NCBI RefSeq assembly: GCF_023055435.1
Contig: NW_025963835.1
Coordinates: forward strand, 32,302,001 to 32,366,000
Source of the DNA: Haliotis rufescens
Taxonomy: Eukaryota
Reading direction: 5' to 3'
DNA: 64,000 bases
Below are positions 53,573 to 64,000 of the stretch, one piece after another; the first letter of the stretch is position 1, and every line of letters begins with the position of its first letter. The position numbers were made by a program, and so were the translations under genes. Under the pieces are notes generated by a model that saw only the letters and a list, made by a program, of their open reading frames with translations, ran no database searches and was not told the origin of the DNA.

Positions 53573-53830
53573 GTATACTAGAAGGGAGGTTTAAAGCTGT
53601 TACCTACCAAGTGAAAGGTGGTTACCAGTGGGAAATTGTTACATTCGTGAAGAAAACTGAGTATATATTGGTTATATACCTGCATAGAATTGATAATCTA
53701 TTGCAAGAGAAGTGGTTATAGAACATAATATATGTTTAGAACTGGTTATATGCAAGTGGTTATATGTCATTACCAGGCTGACACAGAATGAAGACGTTAC
53801 AGATTGGGGTAAACGACTTGGATTATAAGC

Positions 53831-53900
53831 TTGTTGTCGTGGGATTCGAACCCATGACCATTCTGTTTGCGTGTAGCTTGACCACTTGACTATGCGTGCT
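53831..53900 (-). mobile_element. tRNA-derived head (SINE head or tRNA pseudogene)
   Basis: Minus strand ATAGTCAAGTGGTCAAG ... GGGTTCGAATCCCAC; anticodon arm not intact. Confidence 0.55.
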
Positions 53901-53959
53901 TCTGTGAATCAGGACACCAAGATGTGCAAGTTGCTGTGAATATTGGGTCTTGTGTCGGA

Positions 53960-54340
53960 GGACACAGCCGTCTGAGGCGCCGCAATATGCGGAGAAGAAA
54001 CCTTAGATTAGAATCCCAGATTCGCCCCAATTATGTTTCTAGGTTTGTCAGCACCATACCTGTGCTCGTGGGTTTCACCTAATTGGTAAATGTCTGAGAC
54101 CTGCAACACTTCGGGCCTTTTTCCTACATAACTGGACGGGTGAGTGAGTGAGTATGGTTTTACGCCGCTTTTAGCAATATTCCAGTAATATCATGGCGGG
54201 GGCCACCAGTAATGGGCTTCACACATTGTACCCATGTCGGGAAGCGAACGCTTTAACCACTAGGCTACCCGACCGCCTCGATATAACTGGAATACTGTTT
54301 AAAGCAGTGAATAAACTCGCACAGTCAGTCACTCACTCAC
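53960..54340 (+). mobile_element. SINE family C copy interrupted by a family A insertion
   Basis: ACCATACCTGTGCTCGTGGGTTTCAC before the insertion; GATATAACTGGAATACTGTTTAAAGCAGTG..(TCAC)n after it. Confidence 0.75.
54139..54279 (-). mobile_element. SINE family A nested in family C (internal deletion at the B-box)
   Basis: (GTGA)n-TTTTACGCCGCTTTTAGCAATATTCCAG...TTTAACCACTAGGCTACCCGACCGCC. Confidence 0.9.
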
Positions 54341-54388
54341 ACATTTGAATTCAGTAAACTCTGAATTTCGTTACACCGCTTCATCGTT

Positions 54389-54506
54389 GGTAGGGTGGCC
54401 TTATTGTCAAAGCGTTCGCTTGTCACCCGGAATCCCCTGGTTCGATACCCCACAAGGCTCCAGTACGTGACGTCCCTCATTGGTGTCCCCGTCGTGATGT
54501 TGCTGA
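54389..54506 (+). mobile_element. SINE family A, degenerate 5' part
   Basis: GTGGCCTTATTGTCAAAGCGTTCGCTTGTCAC...GGTTCGATACCCCAC...GGTGTCCCCGTCGTGATGTTGCTG. Confidence 0.75.
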
Positions 54507-54511
54507 CACGG

Positions 54512-55555
54512 ACACCTGTGTTACACGACCTCCATCTGTCACTGGTCAAGCAGAGAATTCAGTTCAAGATTAATGATGACTTCTCACCAGGATACCCCCT
54601 AGAGGTCATTCAAATGTATCAAACTTCACGAGCATTACGTAGCGACTCGTCATACCAGACATACCAGACTCGACGTACCAGACATACCAGACTCGTCATA
54701 CCAGGCATATCAGACTCATCGTACCAGCCATACCAGAATCGTCATACCAGACATACCAGACTCGTCGTACCAGCCATACCAGACTCGTCGTACCAGACCT
54801 ACCAGACTCGTCGTACCAGACCTACCAAAATCGTCATACCAGACATACCAAAATCGTCATACCAGACATACCAAAATCGTCATACCAGACATACCAGAAT
54901 CGTCGTACCAGACATACCAAAATCGTCATACCAGACTCCTCATACCAGACCTACCAGACTCGTCATACCAGACCTACCAGACTCGTCGTACCAGACATAC
55001 CAGACTCGTCATACCAGACATACCAGACTCCTCGTACCAGACATACCAGACTCGTCGTACCAGACCTACCAGACTCCTCATACCAGACATACCAGACTCG
55101 TCGTACCAGACCTACCAGACTCGTCATACCAGACCTACCAGACTCGTCATACCAGACATACCAGACTCGTCATACCAGACATACCAGGCTCCTCGTACCA
55201 GACATACCAGACTCGCCGTACCAGACATACCAGACTCGTCGTACCAGACATACCAGACTCGTCGTACCAGACATACCAGACTCCTCGTACCAGACATACC
55301 AGACTCGCCGTACCAGACATACCAAACTCGTCGTACCAGACATCGTCGTACAAGACATACCAGACTCGTCGTACCAGACACCACAACATTCGCCTCGAAT
55401 GGCTGCAAAATTAGAGATGCGGCGTTAAGTAATGTTCACTCACTCACTCTCTGTTGCCAGTCCCAAGCTCCATACCACTCGATACCACTCGAACAGAAAC
55501 AAGTAGACTCTCTTCAATCCTTACGACGTTAACTCAAAACCTTCTCTTTTCACAA
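54512..55555 (+). mobile_element. Decayed 3' end of L2/CR1-clade LINE ORF2, interrupted by a minisatellite and a SINE tail
   Basis: TPVLHDLHLSLVKQRIQFKI...YQTSRALRS..LVVP [array] SVASPKL..SIPLEQKQVDSLQSLRR*LKTF matches the L2/CR1 C-terminus (HITPxLxxLHWLPVxxRIxFK...LRS..LLVVP...SVAAPKLWNSLP...FKxxLKTxLF). Confidence 0.8.
54644..55380. repeat. 23-bp minisatellite (GACTCGTCRTACCAGACATACCA)n
   Basis: Direct periodicity, 13+10 substructure. Confidence 0.96.
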
Positions 55556-55741
55556 ACTTGAATTTTCAACTTCAAAAAGAGACATGAATAAACTAATCTT
55601 TGAACTGGAACAGATTTCTGTCAAATATCCGTTGAATATCATTCCTGTTTTGAAAATTGGAATTAATTCTACAAATGAGATTGTTGGTTTCTGTTTAAAT
55701 AAAAGGGGTAAAAATAAAATTCTCACTTAGATCTTCGCTTG

Positions 55742-56069
55742 GGTGGGGGGAGGTGAAATTGGGTTTAACGTCGCGTCCAAGATTATTGCACTTATATAGC
55801 GACGTGCATGCACGTGTGTGTTTGTGTGTGGTTGCTTGTACTCGTCCGGACTAGTGCTGATTTATAGTGCTAGCTCACTGAGATATCATGCCGCACTTTA
55901 ACATGAATACCCAACTCCGTGCCGACCAGTCCTTGTGTAAGCCCCTTTATGCCGAGCGCCAGACAGGGTAACAACAAGTACCATCTTTTAACGTCTTTGG
56001 GTATGACGCGGCCGGGGATCGAACACGCTCTCCGGGCGGACGGTCTACCACTAGATCACGGAGGCGGTC
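55742..56069 (-). mobile_element. SINE family D (MetaSINE-like), second copy with small deletions
   Basis: Reverse complement of 49353-49707; 10-bp TSD TCTTCGCTTG at 55732-55741 and 56070-56079. Confidence 0.92.
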
Positions 56070-56079
56070 TCTTCGCTTG

Positions 56080-56132
<53 letters not shown>
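56080..56132. repeat. (GAT)n microsatellite
   Basis: Direct. Confidence 0.97.
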
Positions 56133-57623
56133 CGATGAACGACAGTTCTGTTGTACAAATCGGCTGTACAAACCAGGTACGTGTTTCGGCCAACCATCGC
56201 GTCCACCACCAATACCATTGTGTGATTTAATATATGAAAGCCACGAAATCCGCAATCCACAATTCCAAAAAACAACGTTTCAACAAATTGAATCGCTAAA
56301 TGCATGTCGACAGCAATGTAATTCGTGAATGAACATCATATGAACATAAAAATCAATTAAGCAAACACAGGAACACGAAAAGCACAAGAGTGCCTCGAGG
56401 CTGCGGTCTAACTTCAGTCGACCTGACACACGAAATCAACATTATGGTAATCAGGCGATTAATTAACATCCTTGTAGCCATTGTAAGAGTTAATTACAAA
56501 GCCGAGACTGGTGTACCAGGATAAGGGTAGCATTGGGCCACGATCACCGATACGCCTGTATTTGTGCACATGGCCCCAAGCCGGGCGGTGTTTTGCTTTA
56601 AGCTCCCCATGATATTTCCTCTCTCCACCAGCCCGCATCTATCTCCATTTTCCCTTGTTCAATCTCGTGCAGCGATGTTTAATTAGTTTATGAGAATATC
56701 CCATCACTCAGCTTGAACTGTACAGGTCTCCTTTTACCCAGCCAGTGTATTATTTTACGTTATTTAATAGGATACGGGGAAAATAATATGTTCTTCGCTT
56801 TCCACTGGTCTGGATCGAGCACCGAGTGGGTTCGAGGGCCCAAAATCGATAAGCTGCTAGACCCGTGAGCCATGGTCCTCGGTGGGATGCAAAACTAGAA
56901 TCGGTTGTCTTGTAGCAATGTCTAAATATTTGATAGATTCGTGTCTCTCAAGTTTTTAAAAGTTGGCACCGTTTTAGATGAAGACTGCGGTAGCTTGTTT
57001 GTCCCAATGGTTTTGAAATGAATAATTGACAAGAAACGTCTATGATCGGTGTCCATTTCTTCTTCTTTGTGTCGTTGATCCTGTAGCTCGGCGACAGAAC
57101 TTCCACTCGTTATATTCCATAAAAGAAGATAATGACGAAGTACCGGTACTACTGATGTTCTCTTGTTGAGCCTTGGCGCGCTTAGGCAGGCACTAAAACC
57201 TCCTTATCTCGATGGCGATCGAATACATTCAACTTATACATAATTCGACACATGCGGAGTTCGTGTAATTGGTCATAGTACTGGTGACTTGATCGAATTT
57301 CCACCCCTATGGTATCTAGATTGACTCCGGCACGGACCACGTATTGTAACGCGAGATGTCATGGGTTTGTACATATATGATGTCAAATAAACTGCCTGGC
57401 ACAGAAAGCATACACTTGAAAATTGGATTTGACCAAGAAATTACAAACGTTATCAAAGCGTTATAAGGTTGAAATCAATCGCAGAAACCATGGAATAATA
57501 ATTTCTTGTTTGATTCATTTTAACCATCAAACATTGCTGTATACTTTCTTTTGCCCATCAGTTCGTGTTCTTTCATGTTACAGTTAAAGTTGAACCGTAT
57601 TTGGATCTAAAACCTTACATAAT

Positions 57624-57624
<1 letters not shown>

Positions 57625-57680
<56 letters not shown>
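57625..57680. repeat. (GA)n microsatellite
   Basis: Direct. Confidence 0.97.
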
Positions 57681-57682
<2 letters not shown>

Positions 57683-57723
57683 ACGAACTTGTTACTAATA
57701 ATCGTATTTGGAAATTAGTCAAT

Positions 57724-57866
57724 ACGTCCGCTCTTAACAATATTCTAGCAATATCACGGCAGGGGACACTGAACATGTATATGGGCTTCCCAAATTGTAC
57801 CAATTTTGGGAATCGAACTTCGGCGTAACACGCTAGTGCTTTAATCACTAGGCTACCCCCGCACCA
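57724..57866 (-). mobile_element. SINE family A, degenerate
   Basis: CAATATTCTAGCAATATCACGGCAGGGGACAC...GGGAATCGAAC...TTTAATCACTAGGCTACCCC. Confidence 0.8.
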
Positions 57867-58279
57867 ACACAATTGGGACATCCTTGTCGAGTTTCGTACA
57901 ATATATGTGAGAAAGAGTATAGAATATCTAACTTGAATAAATATTTTGTGTTTCCGTCCCTGGACGCAGTGTTCTCAATGGTAAGCGGTTTCAGCAGCAT
58001 ACTGGGGCAATGTATGTAGATTGTGTTTATTCAAAGAATACAAATGCACGTAGTGAATGGATGGGTTTTAATTGGATCCATGAGATGTAGTAATACTATT
58101 CCAGCGTTAAACTATTGTGTTTCACCTTACGTTGTCTGCCATGGTATATATGTGGTACACTTTATGTCATAGGCACTGAGCCATATAATTGTTATTCATT
58201 GATGCATATAAATGGGATTTTTCGGGAAAGCGCAATACGTGTTTCGTGTGTACCGCGATACTTCCATGGCACGGGTGGC

Positions 58280-59595
58280 TCTAGACTGTCATCCGGACCT
58301 TGAAACAAATATATTCAATACAGCCCATGCAAGTCTATAATAATTAGCAAGTTTAGATTACTGCAGTATCTGAAAATGAGGAGAGTCTCTGTGCTCCCTT
58401 TTATTATATTTTGTAGCTATAATTTAACAACTGTTTTCATCCGTAAAATATGTTTATTTAAGAGACTAGATGTTAGTCAATCCAGCTTAGTCGTCGAACT
58501 TGATGTGCAGATTTGCCTACCCTAGTCGTGCCAGGAATTTATGATTGTGCCCTGTAAAAGTGTGTTTAGTCCCAAAATACAAACTTAAACGGGTTCCGTT
58601 CCTAAAAGTTTGACGCGTTTAGGTGTCTAAATATGTTTAGGTGTCTAAACATGTTTAGGGTGGTGTTTATAATGTAAACACGTTTAGGATGTAAAGATGT
58701 TTCATGTTGTGTTTAACAGCTAAACGTGTATCCCAGGATTGCCCAGGGTGTCTCCTATAAACGACATTCTGTGGAATACACTTCAGCTATACTCAAATCA
58801 TTCATTTTAGCTTCCAAATTGACTGCCTTTGTTTTAGAAATTATATTGTAAACGTTAGTGTCATTTTCGGAAGGAGGAGGTGGGGGTAGGGGGGGGGGGG
58901 GGGGGGGGGGTAAGGGGTTGGGGGCTGGGGAGGGGGGGGGGGATGACACTATGCGCGTTTCTTCACAGTGTTAACCGCTCAAGATGGAATCCTCATATAT
59001 TCCATCTCAGTAACAATTTATAAAGATCTACACATATTTTAAACTCTAAAGTAACGGGACATTATAAGGTGTACATGTTTCTGAACTGTGATGTATTTTT
59101 GTGTGCAGTAGGATTTGATAATGCCTGTGTGACTGACAAACATTTTGCCAAGTTCAACCTATTTGATAACTTTTGTATTTATGATTAAAACTGCTAGTTC
59201 GACATTAACGTCAGAATTATGTTCTTACACAATAACATTTGAATAATAGTTCATAATTAAACAACGTTTAATTATGAATATATTTCATAACATAATACAT
59301 CATTTCAAAATTTGTTATCTAATATATTGTAAAATCTATTTTAAGTAATCATTATACATGTTATCGATATTTGACTTGCATGATGTTATGTTAGACTAAA
59401 ATCTAGTCTCTGAAATGAACATATCGTACATAAAAAAACAGTTGTTTAGTTATCTTAATAAAAATATAATAAAAAGGAGCCCAGTGACTCTCTTCATTTT
59501 CAGATACTGCAGTGATCTAGACTTGCCAAACATTATAGACTTGCATGGGCTGTATTTGATATATATTTGTATCAGGGTCTGTAAGACAGACTAGA
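58280..59595. mobile_element. Fold-back structure: about 200-bp inverted arms (58280-58478 / 59394-59595) around about 0.9 kb
   Basis: AATACAGCCCATGCAAGTCTATAAT...ACTGCAGTATCTGAAAATGA vs TCATTTTCAGATACTGCAGT...ATTATAGACTTGCATGGGCTGTATT. Confidence 0.8.
58872..58943 (+). repeat. G-rich tract (G-quadruplex-capable)
   Basis: Multiple long G runs. Confidence 0.85.
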
Positions 59596-59734
59596 TGTTA
59601 TGTGTTTACATCCGAAATGTGTTAGGATAAAACACACTTAAAGTGTATTCCGTTTAGAATTTAAACCATTCCTAAACATATTTAGATCGAAACATGAGTT
59701 GTATGTGTTTTCATTCTAAACACAGTTTTCACAG

Positions 59735-60615
59735 TGTGGGTCCGAATTCCAGAACTCCCATGATTGTTTCTCGTTTTGTTTCTCGTTTTGTTTCTCGGAT
59801 TGTTTCTCGGGTTGTTTCTCGTTTTGTTTCTCGGGTTGTTTCTCGGATTGTTTCTCGGGTTGTTTCTCGGGTTGTTTCTCGGGTTGTTTCTCGGGTTGTT
59901 TCTCGGGTTGTTTCTCGGGTTGTTTCTCGTTTTGTTTCTCGGGTTGTTTCTCGTTTTGTTTCTCGGGTTTCTCGGGTTGTTTCTCGGATTGTTTCTCGGG
60001 TTGTTTCTCGGGTTGTTTCTCGGATTGTTTCTCGGGTTGTTTCTCGGGTTGTTTCTCGGGTTGTTTCTCGGGTTGTTTCTCGGATTGTTTCTCGGGTTGT
60101 TTCTCGGATTGTTTCTCGGGTTGTTTCTCGGGTTGTTTCTCGGATTGTTTCTCGGGTTGTTTCTCGGGTTGTTTCTCGGGTTGTTTCTCGGATTGTTTCT
60201 CGGGTTGTTTCTCGGGTTGTTTCTCGGGTTGTTTCTCGGGTTGTTTCTCGGATTGTTTCTCGGATTGTTTCTCGGGTTGTTTCTCGTTTTGTTTCTTGGG
60301 TTGTTTCTCGTTTTGTTTCTCGGATTGTTTCTCGGATTGTTTCTCGGACTGTTTCTCGGATTGTTTCTCGGATTGTTTCTCGGATTGTTTCTCGGATTGT
60401 TTCTCGGGTTGTTTCTCGGATTGTTTCTCGGATTGTTTCTCGGGTTGTTTCTCGGATTGTTTCTCGGATTGTTTCTCGGATGGTTTCGTAGGTTTCATCA
60501 ACGTGGCAAATGTCTAACACCTGCATCACGTCTGACTCCTCACTCCGACACGCCGTGATATGACCGGAATACTGTTCAAAACGGCGTTAAACCCCCACTC
60601 ACTCACTCACTCACT
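59735..60615 (+). mobile_element. SINE family C copy containing an expanded 12-bp array
   Basis: B-box-like GTGGGTCCGAATTCC before the array; CGTAGGTTTCA...GGAATACTGTTCAAAACGGCGTTAAACCC(CACT)n after it. Confidence 0.75.
59762..60480. repeat. 12-bp minisatellite (TTGTTTCTCGGR)n, about 60 copies
   Basis: Direct periodicity. Confidence 0.98.
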
Positions 60616-60753
60616 AACAAGGTTCCATATTTACTGAATAAACGATACCACAGCAATTTAATACTAATAAATAATAATAAATGTAAAATGACAACAAGTT
60701 ACAGGTCAAGGTAAAAGTGATATTCCAATGAGTATGAAGGTTACATTAGTAGA

Positions 60754-60915
60754 GTGAGTGAGTTTGGTTTTACGCCGCTTTTAGCAATATTCCAGCAATA
60801 TCACGGCGAGGGATACCAGTAATTGGCTTCACACATTGTACCCATGTCGGGAATCGAACCCGGGCCTTCGGCGTCACAATCAAACGCTTAAACCACTAGG
60901 CTACCCGACCGCCCC
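60754..60915 (-). mobile_element. Full-length SINE family A with TSD
   Basis: tRNA A/B boxes, (TCAC)n tail, 12-bp TSD TACATTAGTAGA at 60742-60753 and 60916-60927. Confidence 0.95.
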
Positions 60916-60997
60916 TACATTAGTAGATATCAACTCAACGAGTTCATTGGCGCAATACATCTGTTTTACCCGATACACCGAAACAACACTCGATATA

Positions 60998-61167
60998 CAG
61001 TAAACTACGGTTACAACGAAATCGAAAGGAAAACTAATTTTGTTTGTTATATCCGTAGTTCGTTATAAGCATATATACAGCATATATACAACAAATGCAC
61101 GGACCAGAAAGAGTTCGTTATATACGTAAGTTGTTATAAGCGTATTTCCTATAAACGTAGTTTACTG
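60998..61167. mobile_element. 170-bp MITE, Tc1/mariner (pogo-like) type
   Basis: TIRs CAGTAAACTACG / CGTAGTTTACTG, flanked by TA on both sides. Confidence 0.88.
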
Positions 61168-62926
61168 TATTTAAAGTTTTATATTTACTTTTATATTTAT
61201 CTTTACTCTGATACCGGTTTAGTAACAACGTCAATTCTCTCATGTCCTTTCCTGGTTCAATGAGCTGCACTGATAACGATATCAAAACATTGCCATAACC
61301 CACACCCGCTTTCCCTCCTCATCAAGCCACCCGTCACTCCCCCGTACCCCACCCCCCTTCCCCGCTTAATACCCCCATCCGTCGGGAGCCCCCATTTAAC
61401 CAGAATTGTAACCCCCAACCATACAAGATGTTCTCCCGTTTGATCCTAACCCGTTAGATCATGGAGTCGGTATCTGTAAAAGAGCTGTTGTGGAGCTTAA
61501 TACGCGCGCCAATATCTGTGGATTACTGTAATTAATGGGCCGCTATGCATATAATGCGAAATATGATTTCAAAGAGAAGTGCGTTCACGTGCGCGCGGTA
61601 GGAATCGGTCTCGTGGGATCTCGCGGGATTGTGCGATGCTTTGTTCTACCGGCAGTTCTGTCATTGCACGAGTCTTATTACCACGTTAGTGCTACGGTTT
61701 AGATAGAAAATCCATTTTTCGCTGACAGTAACGGTTAAAGGTTGCACTAAGTCGTTTGTGCTTGTGAAATAGAAAATGGAAAATAAATGACAAAATACAA
61801 CGGCATGGACGAAGAGTGGACATCAAAAAAAGATTAAACAAAGTAATATGGTAAAAAGGATAGACACCGCGCTGACCCCGCCCATCAAGGTAATACGGTT
61901 ATTACGGAGCTCGATGGGGGTCGGTGTGGCCGTCCCGGGGGACTCACTGGTACATACCTTGGGGAGAATCGTTAAAAGCTGGGTTTGAACCGCAAGGGGG
62001 TACTATTTGTAGACTTAATGACGAGACATACAGATCAATACTAAACCACATAATTCATAGACGAATCAATACTACATCAACTTCTCGGTATTGTGTTCTG
62101 GACAGAACAGAACATGACCAGAGCAACGGGAGCAGAACGTTCTAGAGCATACGTTACGATATGTTTGCATTTAACATTTTTCAAAATTGTTTTATAGTTT
62201 ATAAATCATTGGTATCTATATTTTTGTATCTGCTTGAATATTTTAAATTGAAAGAACTGTCTATTTATATTTTAAATTAATTCGCACAAATGCACTGTCC
62301 GGACAATAGACTGTTCATGTTTACAAGACAGTCAGGGCAGACCCATGTATTTATATCTCAGTTATGTTCAATATATCTCCAGATCTGTGGCGTTAAAAGT
62401 CGCCCTTCCTTGTACACCGTGATACTAATAACCCGATAACGCGAGGATATTGATAAAACGACAATCAATTAATTAGCTGGACACTGTAATTTAATGTTAA
62501 TGCCTGGTTCGGTGTTGGTCCTGTAATACTTCAGACGTTATCTGTGATGTATCAGCAACAGTAGATGCTAGACCTCCGACATCTTCACACATACAGAGAC
62601 TCAAGTCAGAACCCACAACACCTACAGGCATCCCTTCTCGATTATTTTGAAGGTAATATCCCATATGATCAACCTCTCCTTGCCTTATAACGAGCTTATT
62701 CTGTAAACAGCTGATCAAATTTTTGAAAAGTGAATTTTATAACACATAACAAATCCATAAATGCATGAAAACATGCATCATGTTGAAAAATGCAATAACC
62801 AGGATTTGTTGTCAACAAGTCCTACCAACTCATGTCCACATTAAATATATTACTGTTAAGATTTACGTTTTTATACACATGTTTAAGTTCGTTGTAAATA
62901 AAATGACATATGTGCAATATAATCTA

Positions 62927-63035
62927 CACTGCTGGGCAAAAGAAAGTATACACCATGTTTGATGGCAGTTAAAATGAAACAAGTAAGAAATGGTTATTCG
63001 ATGGTGATGTATTCAATACGGGTACCATAGGCGAT
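62927..63035 (+). mobile_element. Left end of the Tc1/mariner-type element also seen at 31028-31258
   Basis: TA|CACTGCTGGGCAAAAGAAAGTATACACCATGTTTGATGG...GATGGTGATGTATT. Confidence 0.8.
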
Positions 63036-63890
63036 ATCACATGCATCATTTCAATTAGTACCTCCCTCACATTGGACGTGCACATGAAGCCTCCAGCAAC
63101 ATGGGGTCGCAATGTCACAGTACACACAAATACAAAAAGTAAAGTGAATTTTGAAGAGTATATTTTTTGGCCCGGCAGTTTAGCTTTATTTATATATTTT
63201 CCTCCCAACAAACTACAACTGAACATGTTCGGGCTCGTGCAGTTTCTACCTCGTTCTGTGTATGTGAAACGTGGGGATATTATAAGTTACCGTCCAGTAC
63301 GAAATGTATTATCAGGGCAATATGTTGCAAAACTCCGCCATATTCCTCGCGATTTTATCTGAGATTTTTATCAAATTGAGAAACGTATGAATCATAATTT
63401 ATAATTTTCGTCATAACCAAGAATTTATGAGTGTGCGAAGTGATAATCCCAATGAAAAAATACAATTTATCACCATGGTTGAAATAGCCAAAATTAATCT
63501 TGAATGGAGAGTCTGAGACATCCAAACGTAATGAATTCCAAAGCAAACCCTACAAGTTCCTTTGATACCAGTAACATGAACCCAATCTGGTTATATCAAT
63601 TAACAATATACCGTTAAAAATCCCACGAAACCAAGACACAGGTTAGGAAAAAAGAAAATTTATTTCCTGAAAAGAAAACGATCCATCACATTTTATGATG
63701 TAATACGTCGAGTGGGTAATTCATGCATATCTTCTTCGAGATAAACTGATTTTTTCAGGTAGTTTTCTAGGCTCATAATTTGCTCTTATCTCCTCTCAGA
63801 ATGCTGAAAGTGTGATTAAAACGGGACTTATCTAATCTTAAGTTTCAGATAGTTAACTTATCAGCTGGGTATAAGGCGATCACCTTCAAC

Positions 63891-64000
63891 ACATTGTAAC
63901 ATTGTGAAGGCGTGTTGTTGAAAATCGTATTGTAACATTGTGGAGGCGTGTTGTTGTACAACGTATTGCAACATTGTGAAGGCGTGTTGTTGTACAACAC
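63891..64000. repeat. 36-bp tandem repeat, runs off the window end
   Basis: ACATTGTGRAGGCGTGTTGTTG at 63899, 63935, 63971. Confidence 0.9.

Noticed and set aside
59694-60558. 260-aa ORFs on both strands (EKQP, RETT, SRVV, LFLG repeats)
   Set aside because: The 12-bp unit is stop-free in most frames and lies inside a SINE

Overview
Eukaryotic, AT-rich, repeat-dense, apparently non-genic (intergenic or large-intron) DNA from a draft assembly with three N-gaps. The SINE families with (TCAC)n tails and a Meta-type domain suggest a mollusc, probably a gastropod such as abalone; this is inference. No intact protein-coding gene is supported, and all long ORFs are translations of tandem repeats. Contents: about ten minisatellite arrays (12-74 bp units, the largest about 5.5 kb); at least five SINE-like families, some with clear target-site duplications (TSDs) and some nested in each other; TA-flanked Tc1/mariner-type MITEs; two long inverted-repeat pairs; decayed relics of an L2/CR1 LINE and probably a THAP domain; and GC-richer unique islands with regulatory-like motifs. 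Highlights: (1) a palindrome of Penelope-like ends whose two arms together reconstruct a minimal hammerhead ribozyme (52935-53095); (2) two minisatellites whose seed can be traced to the retroelement they sit in (54644-55380 in an L2, 59762-60480 in a SINE); (3) a possible decayed multi-exon gene fragment (33843-34990); (4) a cluster of four hairpins in unique DNA (51882-52195).
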